Assembly: GCF_000018105.1 (NCBI RefSeq)
Contig: NC_009925.1
Location: 6,270,001 to 6,302,000, forward strand
Length of the DNA stretch: 32,000 bases
Direction: 5' to 3'
Source of the DNA: Acaryochloris marina MBIC11017
GTDB taxonomy: Bacteria; Cyanobacteriota; Cyanobacteriia; Thermosynechococcales; Thermosynechococcaceae
Shown: piece after piece, positions 17,321 to 28,453 of the stretch
Numbering within the stretch: the first letter of the stretch is position 1
Layout of the letters: each line of letters begins with the position of its first letter
Made by a program: the position numbers and the translations under genes
Notes under the pieces: model-generated
Database searches by the model: none
What the model saw: only the letters and a program-made list of their open reading frames with translations
Told to the model about the DNA's origin: nothing

Positions 17321-17636
17321 ATTCGTTTTGGGCAGTTTTGATTCTAGAATGAGAAAAGAGTAAATCATCTGTGGCTGTGCTGGTATGCTGCAACACTGAT
17401 TGCCTGTATGACTAACCCCCAAAAGCCATCAAAACGAAGGCGGGGCGTTATTCTCACCGCAGCAGGTTGGCAACGGTTGCAAACCGCACAACAGCAATCA
17501 GAACTGACCCATAACGGTGGCAATCCTTATACCGTTGAGGACTTAAACGAACTCACTCATCTAAGTCGAAATACACTATCGAAGGTTAGGCTGCGCAAGA
17601 AACCGGTTGATCGACACACCTTAGAAGCCTACTTCA
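17321..17636 (+). repeat. 316-bp near-identical 5' module (87-bp leader + first 76 codons) of STAND/WD40 paralog 1; copy of 21656-21971
   Basis: Base-by-base comparison by eye finds 6 mismatches in 316 bp. Identity collapses after ...GCCTACTTCA. Confidence 0.95.
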
Positions 17637-20600
17637 CAACCTTTGGTCTCAACCTCACCCCAAAAGACTATAATCGAACCGCCTTAGAGCGAGCAGAAGC
17701 ACCAGAACAATTCGAGACAGAACCAGTCCCCCCACCTTCTAATCACCAAGATTGGGGGGAAGCCATTGATGTATCTATCTTTTATGGACGAACTACAGAG
17801 TTAGCAGCTCTAAAACAGTGGGTTGTAATTGATCGATACCGGCTGATTAGTATCTTTGGTATGGGGGGAATTGGCAAAACGGCACTATCTGTGAAGCTAG
17901 CCCAACTTGTACAGAGAGATTTTGACTATGTGATTTGGAGATCGCTCCGTAATGCTCCCACGATGGAATCGCTCCTCGGTGAACTGGTCCCATTTCTATC
18001 TCGTCACCAAACCACAGAACCAACCATTGGAAAACTATTGCAGTGTTTTAAGCAATCCCGATGTCTCGCGATTCTTGACAACGTGGAAACGATTTTGCAG
18101 AGCAATCGAAACGCTGGATATTTCCGTCCCAACTATGAACCCTATGGTGATCTACTCAGGGTTATTGGTGAAACGGATCATCAGAGCTGTTTGCTTCTTA
18201 CAAGTCGCGAGAAACCCGTTGAAATGGCTAAGTTCATAGGGTCGGAAGAAGCAGTAAGAACACTCTCCCTCAGCGGTTCTCTGGAAACCTCATTAGCCCT
18301 CATTGAAACTCAGGAATTAATTGGAACTCAAGACCATAAACAACAACTGTGTGAAGCCTGTGGTTGTAGTCCTCTAGCCCTAAAAATTACAGCTAGTTCT
18401 ATTCACGAATTATTTGATGGCAATATCGCTCAATTCCTTTTCGAGAAAACTATTGTTTTTAACGGAGTGCGTCGACTGCTAAATCAGCAATTTGAGCGTT
18501 TGTCAAGTCAGGAACGCAGCATTATGTATTGGCTAGCAATTAACCGTGAATGGACATCTATTTCAGAACTAGATGATGATTTGATCCCTAAGATTCCCCG
18601 TTCTCACTTGTTAGAGTCTTTGGAATCACTCTGTTGGCGTTCGCTAATTGAAAAGCGTTCTGGTAAATATACTCTTCAGCCAGTGGTGATGGAGTATATT
18701 ATTGGACAGTTAGTTGAACGAGTTTGTCAGGAATTAATTGAGTGGGAGATTGATATTTCTCTATCATCTTCCGAGCCTAATTTTTTGACGAAAACCTCTC
18801 TTTTTCATGTCCATGCTCTCCTTAAAACCAATGCCACAGATTACATTCGTGAGAGCCAAAAACGTCTGATTCTACAACCGATTGCTGAACAGATTCAACA
18901 AACTTTTAGCACACCTGCTTCATTAGAAAAGCACATCAAAGCTATCCTAGCGAGCTTACGCAGCAAATCACCTAAAGTCGGAGCCTATAGCAGTGGTAAC
19001 TTGCTTAATCTCTGTGGTCTTCTAAACCTAAATTTAGCAAATTACAATTTTTCTGGCCTGGATATCCGTCAGGCTTATCTTCCTGGTATTGACCTACCCA
19101 GGGTCAATTTTTCCAATGCTCATATCACATCCTCCATTTTTGCAGAGCCTTTGGGGGATATGCTGTGTGTTGCTTTCAGTCCAAATGGTCAAATGATTGC
19201 AACAGGAGACTCAAACGGTTTCTTGTCTGTGTGGCAAGCAAACACAGGCCAGAGGCTGCTGACGTGTCAAGGACATGCCGGATGGGTGATGTCAGTAGAT
19301 TTCAGTCCTGATGGAACGCTGTTGGCAAGTAGTAGTAATGATCAAGACATTCGACTTTGGGATGCTCATACAGGACAATGTCTAAAAATTTTACAGGGTC
19401 ATACCAACCTAGTGTGGTCAGTACGCTTTAATCCTGATGGGAAACATCTTGCCAGTGGGTGCCATGATCAAACGATCAAAGTGTGGAATGTTTCATCTGG
19501 AGAATGTTGTCACACCCTGCGAGCACACGCCAGTGGAGTTTTTGATGTTGTCTTTTGTATGGGAGGAAAAACCCTAGCCAGTAGCAGTATGGATTGCACG
19601 GTGAAACTTTGGGATTGGGCGAATGGGAGCACCCTAAAGACATTAGAAGGGCATACTGATGCAGTCCTCTCGCTTGCTTACAACACACTGGATCAAATTT
19701 TGGTGAGTGGCGGTCGTGATAAGACCATTCGGCTGTGGAATATAGAGACCGGAGACTGTTTACAGATTCTTCAAGGACATATCCATTGGATCTGGGGAGT
19801 CAGCGTGAGTCCCGATGGTCAAACCGTGGCGAGCAGCAGTAGCGATTGCAGTATCAAGCTGTGGGATGTAATCACAGGGCAATGCTTACAAACACTTTTA
19901 GGACATACCAGTGGCTTGTACGGTATCGCCTTTAGCCCAGATGGTCAACGCCTCACCAGTGGTAGCTCGGATCAAACGGTAAAGTTCTGGGATATTTCTA
20001 CAGGAAAAGTATTACGGACTGTGCAAGGACACACCCGACAAATTCATCAGGTTAGATCATTAGCTCTCAATGTCGATGGCCACACATTAGCTAGTAGCAG
20101 CGATCGCCAAATCATTCGGTTCTGGGATCTTCAGACAGGGAATTGTTCTCAGACTTTACAAGGGCATACTGGATGGATCTTTGGCATAGATCAAAGTCCT
20201 GACGGGCAGTGGCTAGCGAGTGCAGGTGGAGAAGATCAAACAATTAAAATTTGGGATGTTAAAACTGGCCAATGCGTTCAAAATTTGCAGGGGCATCTGG
20301 CTTGGGTGTTTGATGTTGCCTTTAACCCAGCCAGCCCTTCAGAATCGAATAAAACGTTATTGGCAAGCGGCAGCCAGGATCAAACCATCAAACTATGGGA
20401 TCTTGACCGCGGTGAATGCTTAAAGACACTATATGGGCACAGTCAAACAGTTTGGACTGTTGCTTTTAACCCCCAAGGAACGCTTCTAGCCAGTGGTGGG
20501 CAAGACCATACGGTGAAAGTATGGAATATACCAACAGGTTCCCTCCTTACAACTTTGCTGGGACATACCAATGAGGTATTGTCCGTCACCTTTAATCCTC

Positions 20601-21046
20601 AAGGGACAATCCTAGCAAGTGGTAGTCAGGATCAAAGCATTAAACTGTGGGATGTAGAGAGGGAACAGGCTCTAAAAACCATATCGCAACAAGAGATGGG
20701 GCATATTTGGACTCTGGCGTTCAGTCCAGATGGCCACCTCCTTGCTAGTGGGAGTGTGGACCATATGATTCGGTTGTGGGACATTCATACCGGTGAGAAT
20801 GTACAGACATTAAAAGGGCACACGAACTGGGTGCTTTCAGTCTGTTTTAACACCCAAGGAACAGTGTTAATCAGTGGCAGTGCCGATGCCACCATAAAGC
20901 TGTGGGACTTACACACAGGAGATTGCCTAGAAACTCTAAGACCCGATCGCCCCTATGAAGGTATGAATATTACTGGAGTTACGGGCTTAACTGAGGCCCA
21001 GAAATCCACACTTCAGAACTTGGGTGCCATGTCAAATGATAGTTAA
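17408..21046 (+). CDS. STAND P-loop NTPase (NACHT/NB-ARC-like) with N-terminal HTH-like module and 14 C-terminal WD40 repeats, paralog 1
   Basis: The 1212-aa protein starts with an N-terminal ~85-aa XRE-like HTH candidate ([36 protein letters not shown]). Walker A is GMGGIGKT (aa 151-158) and Walker B is CLAILDN. A helical linker follows. I count 14 units of the type LASGSxDxT[IV][KR]LW[DN] (about 19165-20940), which would make two 7-bladed propellers. The conserved tail is [25 protein letters not shown]. Confidence 0.9.
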   Translation: MTNPQKPSKRRRGVILTAAGWQRLQTAQQQSELTHNGGNPYTVEDLNELTHLSRNTLSKVRLRKKPVDRHTLEAYFTTFGLNLTPKDYNRTALERAEAPEQFETEPVPPPSNHQDWGEAIDVSIFYGRTTELAALKQWVVIDRYRLISIFGMGGIGKTALSVKLAQLVQRDFDYVIWRSLRNAPTMESLLGELVPFLSRHQTTEPTIGKLLQCFKQSRCLAILDNVETILQSNRNAGYFRPNYEPYGDLLRVIGETDHQSCLLLTSREKPVEMAKFIGSEEAVRTLSLSGSLETSLALIETQELIGTQDHKQQLCEACGCSPLALKITASSIHELFDGNIAQFLFEKTIVFNGVRRLLNQQFERLSSQERSIMYWLAINREWTSISELDDDLIPKIPRSHLLESLESLCWRSLIEKRSGKYTLQPVVMEYIIGQLVERVCQELIEWEIDISLSSSEPNFLTKTSLFHVHALLKTNATDYIRESQKRLILQPIAEQIQQTFSTPASLEKHIKAILASLRSKSPKVGAYSSGNLLNLCGLLNLNLANYNFSGLDIRQAYLPGIDLPRVNFSNAHITSSIFAEPLGDMLCVAFSPNGQMIATGDSNGFLSVWQANTGQRLLTCQGHAGWVMSVDFSPDGTLLASSSNDQDIRLWDAHTGQCLKILQGHTNLVWSVRFNPDGKHLASGCHDQTIKVWNVSSGECCHTLRAHASGVFDVVFCMGGKTLASSSMDCTVKLWDWANGSTLKTLEGHTDAVLSLAYNTLDQILVSGGRDKTIRLWNIETGDCLQILQGHIHWIWGVSVSPDGQTVASSSSDCSIKLWDVITGQCLQTLLGHTSGLYGIAFSPDGQRLTSGSSDQTVKFWDISTGKVLRTVQGHTRQIHQVRSLALNVDGHTLASSSDRQIIRFWDLQTGNCSQTLQGHTGWIFGIDQSPDGQWLASAGGEDQTIKIWDVKTGQCVQNLQGHLAWVFDVAFNPASPSESNKTLLASGSQDQTIKLWDLDRGECLKTLYGHSQTVWTVAFNPQGTLLASGGQDHTVKVWNIPTGSLLTTLLGHTNEVLSVTFNPQGTILASGSQDQSIKLWDVEREQALKTISQQEMGHIWTLAFSPDGHLLASGSVDHMIRLWDIHTGENVQTLKGHTNWVLSVCFNTQGTVLISGSADATIKLWDLHTGDCLETLRPDRPYEGMNITGVTGLTEAQKSTLQNLGAMSNDS

Positions 21047-21059
21047 GTTTAATCTCTTA

Positions 21060-21651
21060 CAACTCATTTCGGGTTTTTATCCAGTTGACCTGAAATATCA
21101 GCTTTTTAAGCTAAAATGAACAACAAAGAAAGAAGAAAAAGGGAATTTAATCATTCCTCTTTGATTATTCACCTCATGATTCCGTTTTCTATGCATGACA
21201 ATCTGGATCTCAGTTACAGAGACCTCTAGAATTTATAGATTTCAAGTTGAGACTAACTTTGGCAAAAATGCCGAAGATTGATCATCGTGTATGCCAAGCT
21301 TTTCAAGGCTGAGATGTTGCACCAAGGGTCCTGCCTATGAGAAAAGGGCGTGCAGTTATATCCAGAAACAAGCATGCCAAAACACATCCTTGCCCACGCC
21401 CAAGGGCTAGTCTACAACCTTTGGTTGAGGTTCCCGACTGCCGATGTGCAAATGGGGCAAGACAAATGTCTCAAACTGCTCAAGAGTTAAGAATGTTGGA
21501 ATCCATTTATGGGACTTAGTTTGAGGCATCTGCACTCCTAACGAACGGTAAACTAAATGACTGGCGTCATTTAAGTCTTTAATGATGGAAGGCCATGCAG
21601 GGTATGGGTTTTAAGTGATCTGAACCATGGAATAAAACCCGAAATGAGTTG
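21060..21651. mobile_element. IS-derived remnant / MITE-like element bounded by 18-bp inverted repeats CAACTCATTTCGGGTTTT
   Basis: The left IR is 21060-21077. The right IR, 21634-21651, is its exact reverse complement. The ~590-bp interior holds only a 40-codon transposase-like N-terminal fragment. The element starts 14 bp after the paralog 1 stop and ends 4 bp before the duplicated leader begins. No clear TSD was found. Confidence 0.45.
21407..21529 (-). pseudogene. Possible N-terminal fragment of an IS4/IS5-type (DUF4096-like) transposase
   Basis: The 40-codon ORF MPQTKSHKWIPTFLTLEQFETFVLPHLHIGSREPQPKVVD* resembles, from memory only, the N-termini of cyanobacterial IS5-like transposases (...FxxFVLPHLxxGxRGP...). 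The downstream frames are broken. Confidence 0.3.
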
Positions 21652-21655
21652 AAGG

Positions 21656-21971
21656 ATTCGTTTTGGGCAGTTTTGATTCTAGAATGAGACCAGAGTAAAT
21701 CATCTGTGGCTGTGCTGGTATGCTGCAACACTGATTGCCTGTATGACTAACCCCCAAAAGCCATCAAAACGAAGGCGGGGTGCTATTCTCACCGCAGCAG
21801 GTTGGCAACGGTTGCAAACCGCACAACAACAATCAGAACTGACTCATAACGGTGGCAATCCTTATACCGTTGAGGACTTAAACGAACTCACTCATCTAAG
21901 TCGAAATACACTATCGAAGGTTAGGCTGCGCAAGAAACCGGTTGATCGACACACCTTAGAAGCCTACTTCA
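21656..21971 (+). repeat. 316-bp near-identical 5' module of STAND/WD40 paralog 2; copy of 17321-17636
   Basis: See 17321-17636. Confidence 0.95.
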
Positions 21972-24900
21972 ACACTTTCGGCCTCACTCTCCGTGCCGAA
22001 GATTATAGCCAAAGCACCACAGATGGAGAGAAAATTCCCAAACTAGCACAAACATCTAAGAGCCCTCTAATTTCTAACCGACAAGATTGGGGTGAAGCAA
22101 TTGATGTATCTATCTTTCATGGGCGTAATGAAGAACTGTCAATACTCAATCAGTGGCTAAGGCAAGAACGATGTCGTCTCATCAGCATCCTTGGCATAGG
22201 CGGGATCGGCAAAACAGCACTTTCAGTTAAGTTAGCCCAACAACTTCAGCATGAATTTGAGTACATAATCTGGCGTTCGTTACGCAATGCCCCTAACCTA
22301 GAAACCCTTCTTGAAGAACTCGTACCTTTCCTGTCTACAGATCAGGACACCAAAACTGATACGCTTCACTTTCTCAAATGTTTGCAAAAGTCTCGCTGTC
22401 TAGTGATTCTAGACAACTTGGAGACAATTTTACAACCGGGAGGCCAAGCTGGATATTATCGCCCAGGTTATGAAAATTATGGTGATCTACTAAGAATAAT
22501 CGGGGAATCTAGCCATAAAAGCTGTTTTATCATCACGAGTCGGGAGAAACCTGCTGAAATTGCAGTGTTTGAGACTATAGAGTTTCCCGTTCGATCTCTT
22601 CAGCTGAGCGGCTCATTAGAAACAGCTTTGGCTTTGGTTGATACAAAGGACTTACTCGGAACTGTTCAGAACAAAAAGGACCTGTGTGAATCCTATGGGT
22701 GCAGCCCTTTGGCACTCAAGATTGTCACTAGTACGATTAAAGACTTATTTGGAGGGGACATTGCCCAGTTTCTAGCAGAGGAGACAATTGTCTTTAATGG
22801 AGTGCGTCGTTTATTAGATCAACAATTTGAGCGCCTAACTGAGCTTGAGCGCACTCTTATGTATTGGCTCGCGATCAACCGTGACTGGACTTCGATTTCA
22901 GAACTCGTCACTGATTTGGTGCCAAATGTCCCTCGGTCCAAACTGTTGGAATCCCTGGAATCGTTAAGTTGGCGTTCTTTGATTGAAAAACAACCAGGCA
23001 AATATACACAACAGCCTGTAGTGATGGAATATGCGACTGAATCGTTGACTCAGCAGGTTGTATCAGAGCTCATGACTCAATCCTTTTCAAGATTTACCCA
23101 CCATGCCCTGCTCAAAACTTCAGTCAAGGAATTTGTCCGTAATAGTCAATGCCGACTGATATTAGATCCTGTCCTTCATGCGCTTAAAACGGAACTACGA
23201 TCTCCTTCCGCGTTGGCAAAGCATTTGCAAGCCGTACTATCGACATTACGGCAAAATCAAGATTACCGATTGAGCTATGCCGGGGGTAATGTGTTGAACT
23301 TATGTCGTCAAGGCCAGCTTGACATCAAAGGCTTCGACTTTTCACAACTGGCCATTTGGCATGCCTTTCTACAAGATGTTGAACTCCAGCAAACCAATTT
23401 CACTGAGGCTGAATTTTCAAATGCTAGCTTTGCTCAAACCTTTAGCAGCATTTTATCGTTGGCGTTTAGCCCTGATGGTCAACTGCTAGCTGCATCTGAC
23501 ACCAATGGAGAATGCCACTTGTGGGACGTTGCAGATGGTCAACTCCTCTTAACACTTCCCGGAGTGGATTGGGTACGATCAGTCGCCTTTAATACTAATG
23601 GCAAGCTGTTGGCCAGTGGAGGGGATGACTACAAGATTGTATTCTGGGATATCCAAACTGGGCAGTGCCTCAAAACCCTACAAGAACATACCGGTCGTGT
23701 CTGCGCTCTCATGTTCAGCCCCAATGGTCAGGCTTTGGTGAGCAGTAGTGAAGATCAAACCATACGTTTGTGGGAAGTGAACAGTGGCGAGTGCTGCGCG
23801 ATAATGTCTGGCCATACCCAACAGATATGGTCTGTTCAATTCGATCCAGAAGGCAAGCGGTTAGTCAGTGGGGGAGAAGATAAAACCGTTAAAATCTGGG
23901 ATGTACAGACCGGACAATGTCTCAACACTTTTACAGGACATACCAATTGGATTGGGTCTGTTGCCTTTAGCCCAGATGGGCAACTGGTGGGTAGTGCCAG
24001 TCATGATCAAACCATTCGTTTGTGGAACGCTCAGACCGGTGAATGCCTCCAAATCCTTAAGGGGCACACCAATTGGATTTGGTCAATTGCTTTTAGTCCA
24101 GATGGACAAATGCTGGCTAGCGGCAGTGAGGATCATACGGTTCGCCTTTGGAATGTTCATACAGGTGAGTGTTTGAAAGTTCTTACTGGACACACTCATC
24201 GAGTGTGGTCTGTTGTGTTCAGTCCCGATCAATCGATGCTGGCAAGCGGGGGTGAGGATCAGACTATACGATTATGGGAAATGTCCCGATTGGTTTCTGA
24301 AGAGTATTCTGCTGATAGTCGCACATCCCAGCTACATTGGCCTCTCTCAGCTCGATGTTTGCGAACCTTACAAGGCCATACCAACCAAGTTTGGGGGATC
24401 GCGTTTAGCCCCGATGGTCAGCGTTTAGCCAGTGTCGGAGACGAGAAGTTTATTAGGATCTGGCACACCGAAACTAGGATATGTAACCAAATTTTAGTAG
24501 GACATACTCGCCGGATCAGTTCCGTTGATTGGAGTCCAGATGGTGTCACCTTGGCTAGTGGTGGTGAAGATCAAACAGTTCGACTCTGGGATATTAAGAC
24601 TGGAAGTTGCTTGAAAATCTTGAGTGGACACACCAAGCAAATTTGGTCAGTCGCTTTTAGCCCAGATGGTGCCATTCTTGCGAGTGGGGGCGAGGATCAG
24701 ACGATCAAACTGTGGCTGGTTGATAGACAAGATTGTGTCAAAACAATGGAAGGTCATAAGAACTGGGTCTGGTCTCTGGATTTCAACCCTGTCAACTCCT
24801 TATTGGCAAGTGGTAGCTTTGACCATACTGTTAAGCTCTGGGATATCGAAACGGGGGATTGCGTTAGAACATTGGAAGGGCATCAAGGATGGATTATGGG

Positions 24901-25375
24901 CGTAGCTTTCAGCCCTGATGGTCAGCTTCTTGCGAGTGGGAGTCCTTACGATAAAACCATACGGATATGGGAGGTGCTTACCGGAAAGTGCCTAGAAATC
25001 TTGCCTGAACAATCTGCATATTGTTTAGCCTTTTCTTCTCCACTTAGAGCACCATCCTCCGAGCAAGATGCCATCCTTGCTATCGGCGGATTAGATCAGA
25101 CCATAAAGCTTTGGAATACTAACACAAAAAAAATTACTTGCTTACCAACTTTACATAAGCGTTGGATCTTTGACATCGCCTTTAGTCCTGATTGTCAGAC
25201 CATTGCTAGTGGAAGTGCCGACGCAACTGTGAAGCTGTGGGATGTCAGTGAAAGAGCCTGTCTCAATACACTCAGACCACATCGACCTTATGAAGGTATG
25301 AACATCACTGGGATAACAGGTTTGACCGAGGCTCAAAAATCTACACTTATGGATTTGGGGGCAATCGCGAATTAA
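21743..25375 (+). CDS. STAND P-loop NTPase (NACHT/NB-ARC-like) with N-terminal HTH-like module and 14 C-terminal WD40 repeats, paralog 2
   Basis: The 1210-aa protein has the same architecture and register as paralog 1. Walker A is GIGGIGKT at aa 151-158, Walker B is CLVILDN, there are 14 WD40 units (about 23450-25270), and the tail [25 protein letters not shown] starts at codon 1178 in both. The first 76 aa differ from paralog 1 at one residue. Confidence 0.9.
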   Translation: MTNPQKPSKRRRGAILTAAGWQRLQTAQQQSELTHNGGNPYTVEDLNELTHLSRNTLSKVRLRKKPVDRHTLEAYFNTFGLTLRAEDYSQSTTDGEKIPKLAQTSKSPLISNRQDWGEAIDVSIFHGRNEELSILNQWLRQERCRLISILGIGGIGKTALSVKLAQQLQHEFEYIIWRSLRNAPNLETLLEELVPFLSTDQDTKTDTLHFLKCLQKSRCLVILDNLETILQPGGQAGYYRPGYENYGDLLRIIGESSHKSCFIITSREKPAEIAVFETIEFPVRSLQLSGSLETALALVDTKDLLGTVQNKKDLCESYGCSPLALKIVTSTIKDLFGGDIAQFLAEETIVFNGVRRLLDQQFERLTELERTLMYWLAINRDWTSISELVTDLVPNVPRSKLLESLESLSWRSLIEKQPGKYTQQPVVMEYATESLTQQVVSELMTQSFSRFTHHALLKTSVKEFVRNSQCRLILDPVLHALKTELRSPSALAKHLQAVLSTLRQNQDYRLSYAGGNVLNLCRQGQLDIKGFDFSQLAIWHAFLQDVELQQTNFTEAEFSNASFAQTFSSILSLAFSPDGQLLAASDTNGECHLWDVADGQLLLTLPGVDWVRSVAFNTNGKLLASGGDDYKIVFWDIQTGQCLKTLQEHTGRVCALMFSPNGQALVSSSEDQTIRLWEVNSGECCAIMSGHTQQIWSVQFDPEGKRLVSGGEDKTVKIWDVQTGQCLNTFTGHTNWIGSVAFSPDGQLVGSASHDQTIRLWNAQTGECLQILKGHTNWIWSIAFSPDGQMLASGSEDHTVRLWNVHTGECLKVLTGHTHRVWSVVFSPDQSMLASGGEDQTIRLWEMSRLVSEEYSADSRTSQLHWPLSARCLRTLQGHTNQVWGIAFSPDGQRLASVGDEKFIRIWHTETRICNQILVGHTRRISSVDWSPDGVTLASGGEDQTVRLWDIKTGSCLKILSGHTKQIWSVAFSPDGAILASGGEDQTIKLWLVDRQDCVKTMEGHKNWVWSLDFNPVNSLLASGSFDHTVKLWDIETGDCVRTLEGHQGWIMGVAFSPDGQLLASGSPYDKTIRIWEVLTGKCLEILPEQSAYCLAFSSPLRAPSSEQDAILAIGGLDQTIKLWNTNTKKITCLPTLHKRWIFDIAFSPDCQTIASGSADATVKLWDVSERACLNTLRPHRPYEGMNITGITGLTEAQKSTLMDLGAIAN

Positions 25376-25503
25376 AATTACTGACGAAATAGATGATTTA
25401 CTCTTGCAGGCCACTATATTAAGCAGCGATTTCTATTCCAGATTTGTCTCTCACAACATCAAAACTACTTTTCAAACCCTTGACCCTTACAGTAAGGATA
25501 TTT

Positions 25504-25508
25504 TAGTA
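25504..25508. repeat. 5-bp target-site duplication TAGTA (left) of the Tn3-family element
   Basis: TAGTA directly abuts both IRs in direct orientation (25504-25508 and 31283-31287). A 5-bp TSD is characteristic of the Tn3 family. Confidence 0.8.
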
Positions 25509-25694
25509 GGCCCAATTGAAGGGTTGCTGACACCAGGGACAACGAAAGCTACAACCCTTTCTCAGTAATAGTTACAGGCATTAAGAAGTGTAAATACCAT
25601 CGACTTACACTACTCTTAAATCATAAGTTTTATTTATAGTACATTAGCTTGCCTTACGCTCTAGTGAATTCACTTTTAATAGGAGCGTAATCGC

Positions 25695-27824
25695 ATGAAA
25701 CGGAAATGGCATCCAGAAGAGCTGATTGAGCATTGGTCCATCCAGCCCGATGAAGCACATCTATTGGCTAGGCGTAAAGGCGTTACTCTTTTAGGATTTG
25801 TCCTGCTGCTTAAATTTTTCCAATATGAAGGACGTTTCCCCGAACAGAAGTATGAGATTCCTCGCATGGCGATAACTTTTGTGGCAGAGCAGTTAGACTT
25901 GCCGCCAGAGCAGTTTCAAGACTATAAGTGGCGAGGGAGAGTCGTTAAATATCACCGGGCCCAGATTCGCCAATTTACTGGATTTCGACAAGCCACTCTT
26001 TCAGATCAAAATCAGCTACGTACTTGGTTAGTCGATACAGTCCTGAGTCAAGAGCAGGATTACCATCATCTGAAATTGAAAGTCTATGCTCAACTGCGTA
26101 CTCTTCAGATTGAACCACCCACCCCTGCTAGAATTGAGCGTTTAATCCGGTCCGCTCAGCGTCGGTTTGAGCGTCAGCTTTTTTCCTCAACCCTCAAGCA
26201 GCTGTCCAAGCAAACTCAGACTGAGCTTGATGAATTGATCCAAGAACCCAAAGTGACGCCGGGTAAAGAGATACCAGATCCGCCCCTGAGTGCCTTAAAA
26301 AAAGATCCTGGACCCGTGGGTCTCAATAGCCTGCTTTCAGAAATCATCAAGCTCCAACGCCTCCGCCAAGTGGCTTTGCCAGATACCTTGTTTTCTCATC
26401 TGACCCCACGAGTTCTGGAGTGTTATCGGCTCCGAGTGGAGACAGAAACCTTATCAGAGTTGAGGCATCACCCCAAAACCATCCGACTCACCTTACTCGC
26501 GAGTTTCTGTTGGCAGCGGTGCCAAGAGATTATCGACAACATCATGGATTTATTGATTCAGATCGTTCATCGCATTGATACACGCAGCAAGAATAAAGTG
26601 ACGTCAGAGGTGATCGCTAAAGTCAAAAAAACCGACTCTCATACCCAGCTGTTTTATCAGGTGGCCACCGCAGCCCTGGCCACACCAGATGGCTTGGTCA
26701 GAAATGTTATCTACCCCGTTGCTAGTGAGCAAACTCTGGAAGCATTTGTTGACTCCTACAATGATGGCGGTCAGACTTACCGACAACTTCTACACTCGAG
26801 GATCCGTTCTTCCTACGGTCATCATTATCGGCAAATGCTTCCTGCGGTACTGGAAGTGATTGACTTTCGGTGCAATAACAAGCAATACCAGCCCATCCTC
26901 CAGGCTGTGGATTTACTCAAAGCCTATGTGGACACCCCCCGAAAACCTTATGCCTCAGCAGACGACGTTCCCATCGAAGGGGTCGTTAGTGCAGACTGGC
27001 AAGAGACGGTATTGGGTCAGGATGAAGACCAGCCAGACAAAGTAGATCGCATCGCCTATGAGATGTGCGTCCTCAGGGCCCTGCGAGAGAAACTACGGTG
27101 TAAGGAAATTTGGGTCGCCGGTGCCAATCGCTATCGAAACCCCGACCTGGATTTACCCCAAGACTTTGACGAGCGGCGAGAGGAATATTACCAGGATCTA
27201 CAACAGCCCCTAGAGGTGGAAACCTTCATCGCTCAAATCCAGGCTGATATGGAAAACGCCTTGACCCGTTTAAATCAGGGGATGCCTCACAACTCCAAAG
27301 TTGAGATCTTGAGTAAGCGTGGAGGACGAATTAAGGTATCCCCGCTTGAGGCTCAACCGGAACCCATGAACATTCACAAGCTCAAGGAAGAGATCAACCA
27401 GCGGTGGTCATTAACGCATTTGTTGGACGTCCTCAAAGAGGCAGACTTTCGGATTGATTTCACCCAGCATTTCAAGAGTGCGGCTAGTCGTGAAATATTG
27501 AGCCCCCAGTCCCTGCGCAAGCGCCTACTGTTGTGTATTTACGGACTGGGCACCAATTTAGGAATTAAGCGCATCGCTCATTCAGAAGCCGATGCAGGAT
27601 ACTTTGAATTGCATTATGTCCGACGCAAGTTTTTAAGCAAGACAGCTCTCAGCTGTGCGATTACGGATGTGGCCAATGCGATTTTCCGGATTCGCCTTTC
27701 TCATATCTGGGGGGAAGCCACCACGGCTTGTGCGTCTGATTCTCGGCACTTTGAATCTTGGGACCAGAATTTGATGACGGAATGGCATGTTCGCTATGGC
27801 GGCCGGGGGGTGATGATCTACTGG
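25695..27824 (+). CDS. tnpA: Tn3-family transposase TnpA, exon 1 (codons 1-710)
   Basis: The N-terminus is DUF4158-like (WSIQPDEAHLLARRKGVTLLGFVLLLKFFQYEGRFP). The long helical middle and the start of the DDE domain (ACASDSRHFESWDQNL...RYGGRGVMIYW) follow. The reading frame then runs into intron sequence (VRFVG*) right after codon 710. Confidence 0.9.
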
Positions 27825-28453
27825 GTGCGATTCGTTGGCTAGAAACTAGACCTGAATAGGGTTTGAGGGGATTAGCCGCAAGCGTAAAGAAGGGGAAAAT
27901 ATCCCAACTGTACCTTGACAACTTAATAGCCATATAGGTGAGAGTCAGTATCCTAGACCGCTCTAGTCCTATCCCGCAGGTGCAGCGGTGACAGCATTTC
28001 CCCCAGGTTCGCGACTAGCCATCAACGCCTGAAGCGGGGAAAAAAGGAGGTAACAGGGAGCCTAGCTCTGAACCCCTTCGAGCAAGAACTTATGAGTAGC
28101 GAAAGCGAAGATGTGGTTAACCCACCGTAATCATTAACCAGCGAAATTAGGTTGATAACGCTGGGAGTCCCAAAAGGGCAAGGATATACGGAGCTGGCGT
28201 GTCCAGTAGCGACCAGTTAGCACTTCCAATAAACCCGGTGGAGCGCATCACTCTAACAGTTCAATCAATGGCTATTAGGAACGAAGTAACCCCCGCCTAT
28301 CTCTCTTGGAGGTCGATTGGCTAAGAGTAGGTGCTAACCAGAAGTTAGGCGGTGGGAAGGATTGGGTCAAAAGCAAAAGCCCCACTGTAATGGTGAGGAT
28401 AAGCAGACAGACTCACGGTGACTTGGAATGAATAGGAACAAGTAGCAATAAAT

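Noticed and set aside
21337-21519. 60-aa plus-strand ORF in the inter-paralog spacer
   Set aside because: It lies inside the IS remnant, antisense to the transposase-like fragment. It has basic low-complexity composition and no SD.
19165-25270. Periodic ~126-bp repeats that might be mistaken for a CRISPR-like or satellite array
   Set aside because: They are the coding units of the WD40 blades (42-aa period) inside continuous ORFs. There are no unique spacers and no cas genes.
17952-25414. Internal off-frame or antisense ORFs within the two STAND/WD40 genes (for example 17952-18239, 19476-19688, 20220-20423, 22819-23001, 23861-24176, 24213-24428, 24624-24905, 25151-25414)
   Set aside because: All are nested in long, motif-rich reading frames and have no motifs of their own.
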